NCBI GenBank assembly: GCA_965249275.1
Contig: CBDFLQ010000006.1
Span: forward strand, 544,001-608,000
DNA length: 64,000 nt
From: Dehalococcoidia bacterium
Lineage (GTDB): Bacteria > Chloroflexota > Dehalococcoidia > Plut-88900
Reading direction: 5' to 3'
Of this stretch, positions 53,769 through 63,176 are shown in pieces. Position numbers and translations under genes: made by a program. The first letter of the stretch is position 1; each line of letters begins with the position of its first letter. Under the pieces are notes generated by a model. It ran no database searches. It saw only the letters and a list, made by a program, of their open reading frames with translations, and was not told the DNA's origin.

Positions 53769-54240
53769 TTGTAGCACCAGCCCCATTTTTGTGTCAATAG
53801 AAATGGAAGGCCGAAGGCGGCCGCAGCGTGCCTTCAGACCAATCCATTCAGGCCGAGCCGTAGCCGCTAGTCAGCCTCTTTGAGCTGGATGTTGTTGCCC
53901 TGTGCGGTAACCCTCACGTTGACGTTGGTGACGTTGTGAATAGTGAAGGGAATTCCCGGCATGAAGGGCAAGGGTTTCAGCGCAATCTGCGCGCTGGAAT
54001 TGGGAGGGACTATTATCTGGGGCATCGAGACCTCCTGTCTCAACATAGCTCCGTGCCGTTTGCCGGTGCGGAGTGGAATTACGGCGGTAATTGTGCCTAT
54101 CCGGTCGGTTGGCCGTCAAGTGCGCTTTGGAGGAATCTCCCCGGCAAATGCGGGTCCAGGCCCGTGCTATAATCCGGCCTCACAGTCCCGGATTCCCACC
54201 CCTCCACGCCCTACATGCATTCCATGAAAGTACACATGCC

Positions 54241-55278
54241 ATGAAAGCCACTTACATCGAACAACAAGGCGCTCCTGAAGTTCTCACCTACGGTGACCTG
54301 CCCGATCCCTCGCCATCGGCCGGTGAGGCGGTAATTCGAGTGCGGGCCACGGCCCTGAACCACCTGGACACTTTCGCAAGAGCCGGGAGGAACGGCGTCA
54401 TCATCGACAAGTTTCCTCACGTGCTGGGTTGCGACCTTGCAGGAGAGGTGGCGGATCTCGGGGCAGGGGTGGAGGGGCTGAGAGTCGGGGACCGGGTCAT
54501 GGTCGACTACTCGCTGCCGTGCGGGAAGTGCAGCTACTGCGTTGCAGGCCAGGACCAACTCTGCGCGACCGGCAGGAGTATCGGCATATCGGTCAACGGC
54601 GGATATGCCCAATACGTGGCCGTCCCTGCAGCTAATGCCCACGTACTCCCGGACGGCATGGACTTCGAGGAGGCAGCGGCGATCCCGCTAGTCTACAAGA
54701 CGGCTTGGCACTGCCTGATTACCCGGTGTGGGATGCAAGCCGGGGAAGACGTGCTAGTGATGGCGGCGGGCAGCGGAGTCGGGAGTGCGGCGATACGGGT
54801 GGCGAAGATGGTCGGGGCGCGGGTTATCACGACGGCCAGCACGGAAGAAAAGTTGGCCAAGGCCCGAGCCCTGGGCGCCGACGAAACGATCAACTACGTC
54901 GAAAACCCCGCCTACAGCGCAACCGTCAGGGAGATGACGGGAGGCAAGGGTGTCGACCTGGTCTTCGACAGCATCGGGGGCTCGGTGTGGGACGAGAACT
55001 TCAAGTCGCTCAGGCCGGGGGGCAGGTTGGTCAACTGCGGTGTTACGGGCGGGCACCGGGCGTCACTGCGGATAGGCCGATTGTTCACCGAACAGGTGAC
55101 GCTGATGGGCGCCTCGACGGGGAACCGGGCCGACTTCTTGAAGGTCGCTAACCTCGTGCGCCAGGGCGCTATCAGGGGCATCGTGAGCCGGACGTTCCCG
55201 CTGAAGGACGCCGCCGAGGCGCACCGGGCGATGGAGGGTCGGGACGTGTTCGGGAAGCTGGTGCTGGTGGTGCCTTAG
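54241..55278 (+). CDS. Zn-binding alcohol dehydrogenase/quinone oxidoreductase family protein
   Basis: LNHLD, CGKCSYC...C, GSGVG, FGKLVL. Confidence 0.92.
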   Translation: MKATYIEQQGAPEVLTYGDLPDPSPSAGEAVIRVRATALNHLDTFARAGRNGVIIDKFPHVLGCDLAGEVADLGAGVEGLRVGDRVMVDYSLPCGKCSYCVAGQDQLCATGRSIGISVNGGYAQYVAVPAANAHVLPDGMDFEEAAAIPLVYKTAWHCLITRCGMQAGEDVLVMAAGSGVGSAAIRVAKMVGARVITTASTEEKLAKARALGADETINYVENPAYSATVREMTGGKGVDLVFDSIGGSVWDENFKSLRPGGRLVNCGVTGGHRASLRIGRLFTEQVTLMGASTGNRADFLKVANLVRQGAIRGIVSRTFPLKDAAEAHRAMEGRDVFGKLVLVVP

Positions 55279-55336
55279 AGCCGGTCCTCGGACTCCAGCC
55301 GGTAGTCCCGCCCTTCTTCGGTGGCGGACATGGGGC
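55275..55336 (-). repeat. Orphan diverged duplicate of the 3' end of the methyltransferase gene (cf. 56078-56139)
   Basis: Encodes PMSATEEGRDYRLESEDRL* vs PMSATEEWRDYRLESGERL*. Confidence 0.9.
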
Positions 55337-55384
55337 CGTGTTGTCGAAGGTAGCCCTTTATGTGCGAGGAGGAACTCCCCTCCA

Positions 55385-55984
55385 TTAGTTAAAGGGCCAG
55401 CCGTAACGTTTTGTTAGCTGTTGGTGAGTTTGTCTCAAACTCCAATTCATGTCTTGCCTACTCGTGCTTCCACCTTCTTCTGAACCCAGGCTTATTGTTA
55501 AATCGCTAGCTACGAAGGCATCATCAATGAATCCAATGTCCCAGCCGATACTGCTCGCCATTAGATCAGCTGGGGTATCGTCTTTCCGAGGATCCGCGAA
55601 TGCGGAATGGGCTCCGAACTTGTTGCGCCATGTCCGTACCTCTGGCATTACCGCAACCATGTATTCCCAAGCTCTCTTAGTGTCCTCACCGTTGGTTAGC
55701 CAACCAATGATCCTTACGTAGTCACAGGCTGTCACCGAGTACCATCTAAAGGCACACGAGATAAGATTGAATGGTATGTCCTTTAGCTTGGGGTTATTGC
55801 CATATGACACGACGAATTGATTCTTAGTGTCAAGTCTTTCATTTACCTCGTCTTCTACTTTTCTGACCTGGCGATATAGATAGTCAAGGCCTGTAGCTAG
55901 TGTATGCAAGAGTTGGAGTTGATTGTGATATTTTTCAACATTCTTCTCTGACAGTTCGAGTCGATCGATATGGTCCAATATCAC
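55385..55984 (-). CDS. Hypothetical protein with HEPN-like RNKxxAH motif
   Basis: AT-richer ORF; WRNKFGAH. Confidence 0.7.
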   Translation of the reverse strand: MILDHIDRLELSEKNVEKYHNQLQLLHTLATGLDYLYRQVRKVEDEVNERLDTKNQFVVSYGNNPKLKDIPFNLISCAFRWYSVTACDYVRIIGWLTNGEDTKRAWEYMVAVMPEVRTWRNKFGAHSAFADPRKDDTPADLMASSIGWDIGFIDDAFVASDLTISLGSEEGGSTSRQDMNWSLRQTHQQLTKRYGWPFN

Positions 55985-56077
55985 AAGTTACCCCGTACAG
56001 CGGTTCCCTTTGACTCGAGCTTTGATGTCCTTCCAAGGTTTTCGAACCCCGTGCGATGCCGCAGGGTTGCTAACCTC

Positions 56078-57076
56078 CTAAAGCCGCTCCCCGGACTCCA
56101 GCCGGTAATCCCTCCACTCCTCTGTGGCGGACATGGGGCTGGCGTAGTCGGCGGACCAGACTTTTCTTTCCTGAACAGGCTTGCCCAGGACCCGAGCCAT
56201 CTCCCTGATGTGCACGGCCACCGAGCCGCAGCACCCGCCGATGTAGTTGATGCCCATGTCCTTGGCGCGCTGGGCATAGTCGGCCATGACGAAGCGGTTG
56301 ACCTGGTAGGGCTCCATGCCGTCGGGGAAGCCGGGGAGGCCGCCGCAGAAGGGTACCTCGTCGGTGGTGGCGTAGGCCGTGGCCTGGATGGCAACGTAGC
56401 CGTCGATGGCATCCCGCATCTCCTTGACGAGAGGCAGCATCTGGTTGGGCCCGCGCCCGCAGTTTATTCCGACGATATCGCAGCCGTTCTGGCTGAGGGC
56501 AATGGCGCACTCGGCGGGGTCCTTGCCCTCTCGGCTGTACCTGTCCTTGAAATACGACATGGTCATCATCACGGGCAGGCCCGTGGCCTTGGCGACGTCG
56601 AGGGCGATGAGGGTTTCTTCGAGATCGAAGAAGAGCTCGCCGATGATGAAATCGACACCCTCGTCGACCTGTACACGCAGCTGCTCTTCGAACTGGCGTC
56701 GGGCGATTTGTCGTGAGTCGGCGTCACCCTGCTTGAATGACCATGTCGTGCTGAGGTTGCCGGCGACCAGAACGTCGTCACCCGCTACTTCACGGGCGAT
56801 TTTCACGGCCTGTCTGTTGAGGTCCAGCACCTTCTCGCCGTAGCCGACGTTGGCCAGCTTTTCGCGGCTGGCGTAGAAGGCAAAGGCCTGTATGACCTCG
56901 CTGCCGGAGCGGATGAACTCCCTGTGCATCTGCTTAACGGCCTCGGGGTGATCGAGGACCACCTCCGGGGTGAAGGGACCAGCGATGACGTAGCCCCGCT
57001 TTTCGAGCTCAAGGACGTAACCGCCGTCGCCGAGAACCACACCTTCGGCAAGCCGCTCAAGTATTCCCTTCTTCAT
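56078..57076 (-). CDS. Homocysteine S-methyltransferase family protein (BHMT-like)
   Basis: LGDGG, FTPE, GINC, YIGGCCG. Confidence 0.92.
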   Translation of the reverse strand: MKKGILERLAEGVVLGDGGYVLELEKRGYVIAGPFTPEVVLDHPEAVKQMHREFIRSGSEVIQAFAFYASREKLANVGYGEKVLDLNRQAVKIAREVAGDDVLVAGNLSTTWSFKQGDADSRQIARRQFEEQLRVQVDEGVDFIIGELFFDLEETLIALDVAKATGLPVMMTMSYFKDRYSREGKDPAECAIALSQNGCDIVGINCGRGPNQMLPLVKEMRDAIDGYVAIQATAYATTDEVPFCGGLPGFPDGMEPYQVNRFVMADYAQRAKDMGINYIGGCCGSVAVHIREMARVLGKPVQERKVWSADYASPMSATEEWRDYRLESGERL

Positions 57077-57095
57077 GGCGATCTCCTTATTCGTA

Positions 57096-57554
57096 TTAGG
57101 TGCCGAGGTTCCGCTCGTATTCCCAGGGCTGGTGGTCGTCGTCCTCGTGGGCGAAGTCCCAGCGCATGATGCGGGTGGGCTTGAACTTCATGACGAGCCG
57201 GTTGTCGCGGGAGTTGGAGTAGTTGGCGTACTTGTCACCCTCGACAGCGCCGTCATACTTGAGGGCGAGACGGCGGAAGAGCTCGGGGCCTCCCTCGGGA
57301 GTGACTTCCGCAATGCCTTCCAAGACGACTTCTTTGTAGGGGTGTTCATTGGCAGTGACCGCAAGGGAGACCCTAGGGTCGCGCATTACATTCTTGTACT
57401 TGACGCGGGTGTCGGTGACGGTGAGAAGGACTTCGCCGTCCGCCCACTCGTACCAGACGACGGTCAGGTGTGGGGAGCCGTCCTTGCGCAGGGTGGCAAG
57501 GATACCCAGGTTAGGTTTCTCCAGGAACTCTTCCAAGCGTTCGCTCAATACCAT
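57096..57554 (-). CDS. PPOX class F420-dependent oxidoreductase
   Basis: LATLRKDGSPH, KYKNVMRDPRVSL. Confidence 0.9.
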   Translation of the reverse strand: MVLSERLEEFLEKPNLGILATLRKDGSPHLTVVWYEWADGEVLLTVTDTRVKYKNVMRDPRVSLAVTANEHPYKEVVLEGIAEVTPEGGPELFRRLALKYDGAVEGDKYANYSNSRDNRLVMKFKPTRIMRWDFAHEDDDHQPWEYERNLGT

Positions 57555-57759
57555 TGGTCCACCTCTCTCTGTCACATTTACGAATAGGAGAAAAGTGTAG
57601 GGGACGGGTTGTGGGGCGTCAACGGGAGTCGGGAAATGTGAGAATGGAGTGCGTTTGGTTGAAATCGGGTTTTCAGGGAATTGGCGGTCTACTTTAGACC
57701 GGCGTCTACGCTGCAACCCGATGGATCACAACTCCCTTACTCAGTAATAGCGCACTGCC

Positions 57760-58203
57760 CTACATCACTCCAGGACGCAGCGGGTGCTGACATCGAAGTC
57801 CTGGGAATCGACTAAAGTCAGAATCGGTCGACACCAGGGTGCAGCCATGCTCTATTGCAACCGCCGCATGCTGGGCGTCGGCGACCAGTTTCCCAGTTGC
57901 TCCCGACTCTCGGCACAGTCTCTCGAATATCTCCATGTGATCGGGGCCGGGACCGACGATGCGCGCCGTCGGGCGTTCCATCAGCGAGGAAACGAATGCA
58001 AAAGACTGGCCCAGGGTGGATGGCGGGTCGAAGATTCGAGGATTGGTTGCTATGCGAACGAAGCCAGACAGTACAAGGACCGAGAGAGCGAACGGCTCCG
58101 GCCCAGTCGCCAAGCGAGTGATCCAGGCCGCATATTCGGCGTGCTCAACGGTGGAATCCTCAATGTGAGCATATATCAGCACATTGACATCGGGGAGCAG
58201 CAT
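57760..58203 (-). CDS. vapC: VapC toxin (PIN domain)
   Basis: DVNVLIYA, RIATNPR, DAQHAA, TDSDF. Confidence 0.95.
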   Translation of the reverse strand: MLLPDVNVLIYAHIEDSTVEHAEYAAWITRLATGPEPFALSVLVLSGFVRIATNPRIFDPPSTLGQSFAFVSSLMERPTARIVGPGPDHMEIFERLCRESGATGKLVADAQHAAVAIEHGCTLVSTDSDFSRFPGLRCQHPLRPGVM

Positions 58204-58209
58204 CTCGAA

Positions 58210-58461
58210 TTACCGGCTCCCAAACCGGGCCTCGTCATCCCGCGCATCAAGCGCCCTGGGCCGGTCGAGGTCAACTCCGGGGCGGACATGAACGCCACGC
58301 ACAGTCACCAGCCGGAATGGCGGCGGCTGTGATGGCTCGCCACGCTTCAGTACGTCGTCCAGCATCTTGGCGATAAAAGCGCTGACGCTTATGCCTCTAG
58401 CTTCCGCTGCGCGACGCACCTGTTTCGCAAGCTGGTCGTCTAGCGAAATTGTCGTTCTCAT
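58210..58461 (-). CDS. vapB: VapB antitoxin (RHH)
   Basis: MRTTISLDD; RPGVDLD; upstream GATGCAGT-N11-ACTGCATC palindrome (58462-58488). Confidence 0.92.
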   Translation of the reverse strand: MRTTISLDDQLAKQVRRAAEARGISVSAFIAKMLDDVLKRGEPSQPPPFRLVTVRGVHVRPGVDLDRPRALDARDDEARFGSR

Positions 58462-58693
58462 GATGCAGTAGCATAACAGAACTGCATCTCTGCATCAAAA
58501 CCGTAAGAGTCTCTGTCAAGACCCCTCAGATGCCGGCCTGCCTCCTATGATAATCGAGGGAGCCGGATACCAAGACCGCGAAATTGTTGGGCGAACATCT
58601 GTCTGAGTGATTTCAAGATTGCCAGCCCATTGCGCCCCGTGGCCCTGTGTTAACATTCTCCCGACACGCCAGCCCCGCCTCCGAGGAGCTCAC

Positions 58694-60364
58694 ATGGCAA
58701 AGATGACAGGCATAGACGCGTTGATGGCCGTGCTCGATTCTTATGACGTTGAGTACGTGTTCGGCAATCCCGGCTCCACGGAGGTCGTCTTCATGGACGC
58801 CCTCTATCAGCACCCGCGCATCAAGTACATGCTGGCCCTCCACGAAACGGTGGCGATGGGAATGGCAGGCGGCTATTCGTGGGCGTCGGGGAAGACGGGG
58901 TTCGTGAACGTGCACACTGCGCCGGGCGTGGCAAATGCCATTAGCGCCCTGTACAACGCCAACGTCGCCGACTTCAACATAGTTTTGACCGCAGGCCAGC
59001 AGGACACCCGGCTCATCCAGCGGGAGCCTGGCCTTACCGGTGACCTGGTCGGCATGACCAAGCCCTTCACCAAGTGGAGCGCAGAGGTGCAGCACCCGCA
59101 GGACGTACCGCTAATGATGCACCGGGCCTTCAAGATGTCGGGGCAAACGCCCCAGGGCCCGACCTTTCTGTCTCTCCCGCAGGACGTGCTAAGCCGGGAA
59201 GCCGACATAGAGGTCGGGCGACCATCGTGGATACCCTCGGGCCTGCGCCCTGACCCCAAGGCGATTGACAGGGCGGCGACGCTGCTGGCCGGGGCCAAGA
59301 GCCCGGTGCTGTTCCTCGGGTTTCGGGTCTCGCGGTGCGGGGCGCTGGGGGAGGCGGTAGAGTTGGCCGAGCTGATCGGGGCGCGGGTGACGGAGAACCG
59401 CATCAGGGCCGAGACCGCGTTTCCCTCCGACCATCCCCTCTTCGAGGGCGGCATGTGGACCGACGTGCCCAATGCCCCGGACGTACTGAAGGATGCCGAC
59501 GTGGTCATGGCCATCGGCGCGAACTTCATCTCGCAGCTCTTCTACACCTCCGACCAGATCGTGAACCCCGCCTCCAAAGTCATACACCTGGACACCGACC
59601 CTTGGGAGATAGGAAAGAACCAACCGACTGATATCGGGATACTGGCAGACATCAAGGCCGCGCTAAGGGAACTCTTAACTGCGGTATCAGAGAAGATGAC
59701 GGGGGACGACCGGGCCGGGGCCCGGGAGCGTGTCTCCAGCATCTCCGACGCCAACCGCAGAAGGAGAGAAGTCATCTGGGAGCGGGCCCAAAGCGGTGGT
59801 AACGCCCAGCCGATGCGTGACTCAAGCCTCATGCTGGGACTGAAGGAAGCCATCCCTCCCGACACGGTCATCGTGGATGGGGGGATCACGTCGTCGATGG
59901 CTCTGAGAGACCTGCTGGACTTCGGGGATGCAGAGTCATACCTGGCAGTAAGAGACAACGACGGCAGTCTCGGGGATGCCTTGCCGATGGCTATGGGCGT
60001 CAAACTAGCTCTGCCCGACAGGCCAGTGGTGGGCGTGGTGGGTGATGGGAACGCCATGTACTCGATACAAGGGTTGTGGACTGCGGCCCATCACCAGATA
60101 CCCGTGGTCTGGGTTATATGTAACAACGCCACGTACCGCATCCTGAAGCTGAACAGTATGCGAGTCCTCGGCCCCGAGGCCCGGGAGAAGCTCCACTCCG
60201 TCGACCTGGGCGGACCGCCATTGAACTTCGCCAAGATCGCCGAGAGCCTGGGGATAGACGGCGTGCAGGTCACCCGGGGAGATGAAGTGCGCCCGGCAAT
60301 TGAGAGGGCGTTGGCCCTCGGGAAGCCGGCGTTGGTGGACGCGGTAATCGACGGCTCTTTCTAA
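58694..60364 (+). CDS. ThDP-dependent enzyme, benzoylformate decarboxylase-like
   Basis: FGNPGSTE, LHE, GDG...NN ThDP motif. Confidence 0.92.
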   Translation: MAKMTGIDALMAVLDSYDVEYVFGNPGSTEVVFMDALYQHPRIKYMLALHETVAMGMAGGYSWASGKTGFVNVHTAPGVANAISALYNANVADFNIVLTAGQQDTRLIQREPGLTGDLVGMTKPFTKWSAEVQHPQDVPLMMHRAFKMSGQTPQGPTFLSLPQDVLSREADIEVGRPSWIPSGLRPDPKAIDRAATLLAGAKSPVLFLGFRVSRCGALGEAVELAELIGARVTENRIRAETAFPSDHPLFEGGMWTDVPNAPDVLKDADVVMAIGANFISQLFYTSDQIVNPASKVIHLDTDPWEIGKNQPTDIGILADIKAALRELLTAVSEKMTGDDRAGARERVSSISDANRRRREVIWERAQSGGNAQPMRDSSLMLGLKEAIPPDTVIVDGGITSSMALRDLLDFGDAESYLAVRDNDGSLGDALPMAMGVKLALPDRPVVGVVGDGNAMYSIQGLWTAAHHQIPVVWVICNNATYRILKLNSMRVLGPEAREKLHSVDLGGPPLNFAKIAESLGIDGVQVTRGDEVRPAIERALALGKPALVDAVIDGSF

Positions 60365-60396
60365 GAAATCAATTAACTAATTTGGAGGCAGGCCCG

Positions 60397-61632
60397 ATGC
60401 CCAATCTAGACCGGTTCAGGAAAGACATGCAGGCACTGGCCCAGATAGGCCGGGTGGCGGAGGGTGGGGTGTCCCGCTTCTCGCTATCGCCCGCGGACAT
60501 CGAGGGTCGGAAGCTGACGATGGGGATAATGGAGAGCATCGGACTGTCGGTGCGCGTGGATGCGATTGGGAACATCCGGGCACGGCGCGAAGGTCGAGAC
60601 CCGTCGGCGCCCATAGTCATGATGGGGTCGCACATCGATAGCGTACCCAACGGCGGCGACTACGATGGCCCGACGGGCGTCATGGGTCCACTGGAGATCG
60701 TTCGTACTCTCAACGACGAGGGGATCGATACCCTTCATCCCATTGAGGTGGTGGTGTTCACCGACGAGGAGGGCGCCCGGTTCCGCAAAGGCACCCTGGG
60801 CAGCGCAGTGATGGCGGGGCGGATCCCGTGGGACGAGGTGAAGGACATCAAGGACGATGCAGGCGTCACCCTGACAGAGGCTCTACAAGGCATCGAGACA
60901 TCGGGAACGCCGAAGGAGATAGTCCTCCGCAGGGGAGAGATGAAGTCCTTTGTTGAGTTGCACGTAGAGCAGAGCGGTCGGCTGGAAGAGCAGTCCAAGG
61001 CCATCGGCGTGGTGCAGGCGATCACGGGGTCGAGCCACAAGCGGATCAGGGTGTTTGGAGTCGCCGATCACGCGGGGACCACACCCATGGACCGGAGGAC
61101 CGACGCGTTGGTACCCGCGGCCCGCATGGTGCAGGAAATGGAGCGGATCGGGAGGTCGGACCCTGAGGGGTCGCTGGTATGCACGGTCGGGATCCTGCAG
61201 GTGAAGCCGGGGGCCATGAACATCGTACCCAACGAGGTGACTTTCACTACCGACGTCCGTGACACGTCCCCTGCGACTCTCGATGAAGCGATCAAAGACA
61301 TCGACGACATGATCGCCGCGGTGGCCCTGGAGCGGGGGGTGGAGTTCGATATCGAGAATCTGGAATACATACCGGCAGTAGAGATGTCGGAGGACGTGAA
61401 ATCGGTCATTGCCTCGGCGTGCGACAAACTGGGGCTGGACCGGATGGATGCCTACAGCCGGGCTGTGCACGACACGTCCCACATGGCGCAAGTGACGAAT
61501 GGGGGGATGATCTTCGTGCCGAGCGTTGGGGGGAAGAGCCACTCGCCGGACGAGTTGACCTATTGGGAAGACATCCAGCCCGGCCTGGACGTGCTATACG
61601 AGGTTACGCTAGCCTTGGCGAAGGCAGATTGA
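60397..61632 (+). CDS. M20 hydantoinase/carbamoylase family amidohydrolase
   Basis: GSHIDSVPNGG.YDG, DEEG.RF, ELHVEQ, HAGTTPM, SHSPDE. Confidence 0.93.
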   Translation: MPNLDRFRKDMQALAQIGRVAEGGVSRFSLSPADIEGRKLTMGIMESIGLSVRVDAIGNIRARREGRDPSAPIVMMGSHIDSVPNGGDYDGPTGVMGPLEIVRTLNDEGIDTLHPIEVVVFTDEEGARFRKGTLGSAVMAGRIPWDEVKDIKDDAGVTLTEALQGIETSGTPKEIVLRRGEMKSFVELHVEQSGRLEEQSKAIGVVQAITGSSHKRIRVFGVADHAGTTPMDRRTDALVPAARMVQEMERIGRSDPEGSLVCTVGILQVKPGAMNIVPNEVTFTTDVRDTSPATLDEAIKDIDDMIAAVALERGVEFDIENLEYIPAVEMSEDVKSVIASACDKLGLDRMDAYSRAVHDTSHMAQVTNGGMIFVPSVGGKSHSPDELTYWEDIQPGLDVLYEVTLALAKAD

Positions 61633-61693
61633 CCCTCAAGGATCACCCTAGCCCCCCCCATAGAAATAAGAGCGGCCACCCATCCCGCCTTCT

Positions 61694-61725
61694 CCGTCAT
61701 TCCCGTGCCCCGACACGGGAATCCA
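61694..61725. repeat. GTCATTCCCGTG..CACGGGAATCC REP-like element
   Basis: Inverted repeat; related copies at 13599 and 45162. Confidence 0.8.
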
Positions 61726-61804
61726 TCCTTGGGAGAGAGGGAGGTGGGAGAAATTGACGGGATTTTGACTGGGGTGATAAAATCTAATGCTGCAAGGCCC
61801 CTGT

Positions 61805-61880
61805 AGGAGTGTAGCTCAGTTGGAAGAGCAGCGGTCTCCAAAACCGCAGGTCGGGGGTTCGAGCCCTCCCACTCCTGCCA
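61805..61880 (+). tRNA. tRNA-Trp(CCA)
   Basis: Anticodon loop CTCCAAA; CCA end. Confidence 0.97.
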
Positions 61881-61965
61881 ATCCAAGAGGCCGCGTTGAA
61901 GGTGATATTATTGTCATAGTCTCGGCAGTAAGTTGAAGGGGCGAGTGGGGGAAGATATTATGCTT

Positions 61966-62052
61966 GCCGAGGTGGTGGAATCGGTAGACACGCTGTCTTG
62001 AGGGGGCAGTGAGCGAAAGCTCGTAGGAGTTCAAATCTCCTCCTCGGCACCA
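61966..62052 (+). tRNA. tRNA-Leu(GAG)
   Basis: Loop TTGAGGG; long variable arm. Confidence 0.97.
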
Positions 62053-62071
62053 TATTAAAGACATACGATAA

Positions 62072-62146
62072 GCGGAAGTGGCTCAGTGGTAGAGCATCAC
62101 CTTGCCAAGGTGAGGGTCGCGGGTTCGAATCCCGTCTTCCGCTCCA
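62072..62146 (+). tRNA. tRNA-Gly(GCC)
   Basis: Loop TTGCCAA. Confidence 0.97.
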
Positions 62147-62147
62147 G

Positions 62148-62222
62148 GGCGACGTAGCCAAGTGGTCAAGGCGGGGGTCTGCAAAACCTCTATCGGCGGT
62201 TCGAATCCGCCCGTCGCCTCCA
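62148..62222 (+). tRNA. tRNA-Cys(GCA)
   Basis: Loop CTGCAAA. Confidence 0.97.
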
Positions 62223-62287
62223 AACATACAAACAAGCGCAGGCCCGGGACCCCCGGCCTGCGCCTCTTTTAATCAGACCGTTCTCGG

Positions 62288-62374
62288 GCCGAGGTGGCGG
62301 AATTGGCAGACGCGACGGACTTAAAATCCGTTGGGAGTACTCCCATAAGGGTTCGAGTCCCTTCCTCGGCACCA
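62288..62374 (+). tRNA. tRNA-Leu(TAA)
   Basis: Loop CTTAAAA; long variable arm. Confidence 0.97.
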
Positions 62375-62407
62375 GGACTTTCTTGCGCGGGACTGAACGA
62401 ATACGGT

Positions 62408-62875
62408 CTAGGGGGCGTCCGGGTGAATAGGCAAACTGTAGTCGGCGCTATTGACGCGAAACTCTAGTCGGTCTTTGCTGGGGCTATACAGCATTTCCCA
62501 CCGGTTGAGGATGTCGCGTCCCAAGAGTGACGGAACTCCTGCCTGGTCTAGATGCTCGTTAGGATCAAATACTACCAAGTTGATCCTGTAAACTTGGATG
62601 CCAGCTCCCTGCTCTTCGAATGCGACAAAGGCGGGAGTAATATGATTATGCGCTCTTCCACCTACCCCAACAGAAGTACGAGGATCCCTGGTAAGGGTGT
62701 TACAGTCAATTCCCATTCTCCCGACATCGTCAGGCATCAACGCGGTACTGTGAGCACCAGTATCTACCAGGAACTGCACCTCGCCAACAATATGCGAATC
62801 CGGAGATGCGCCTGGTATGGCCAAGCGGCCAGTTAGACGGGGCTGCTTAAGGAGGTCAAACTTACCGACCAACAT
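62408..62875 (-). CDS. Retropepsin-like aspartyl protease (copy 3)
   Basis: FLVDTGAHST, GVGG, SLLGRDIL. Confidence 0.88.
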   Translation of the reverse strand: MLVGKFDLLKQPRLTGRLAIPGASPDSHIVGEVQFLVDTGAHSTALMPDDVGRMGIDCNTLTRDPRTSVGVGGRAHNHITPAFVAFEEQGAGIQVYRINLVVFDPNEHLDQAGVPSLLGRDILNRWEMLYSPSKDRLEFRVNSADYSLPIHPDAP

Positions 62876-62878
62876 ATA

Positions 62879-63157
62879 TCAAAGCAACATTACCGGTGCG
62901 TCCGTTCGCATGAATTCGATGATGGTCTGTCCTCTCGGCAACCTCTTCGCATCTATATCACGTAAAACCTCATCCAGGTTCTCGCCATGTGCATGGATCT
63001 CACCTCGATAGAAGGCGATATATTGGTCCGGATATCTTTCAAGGAAGTCAGAGCGGCACTCCTCCAGCCGAACCGAGTCCTCACCGAACTCTCGAATCTC
63101 CTTCGCTACCTTGTGAGGGTCTCCGATGATCTCCTGTACCTTAGTCGCATCTATCAT
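62879..63157 (-). CDS. DUF5678-like small protein (copy 3)
   Basis: GGAGGG RBS; FLERYPDQYIAFYRGEIHAHG. Confidence 0.82.
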   Translation of the reverse strand: MIDATKVQEIIGDPHKVAKEIREFGEDSVRLEECRSDFLERYPDQYIAFYRGEIHAHGENLDEVLRDIDAKRLPRGQTIIEFMRTDAPVMLL

Positions 63158-63176
63158 TCTTACCCTCCCATTCCCA

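Noticed and set aside
53800-54240. 440-bp gap with short GACGTTG repeats
   Set aside because: No credible ORF, stable structure or recognisable motif
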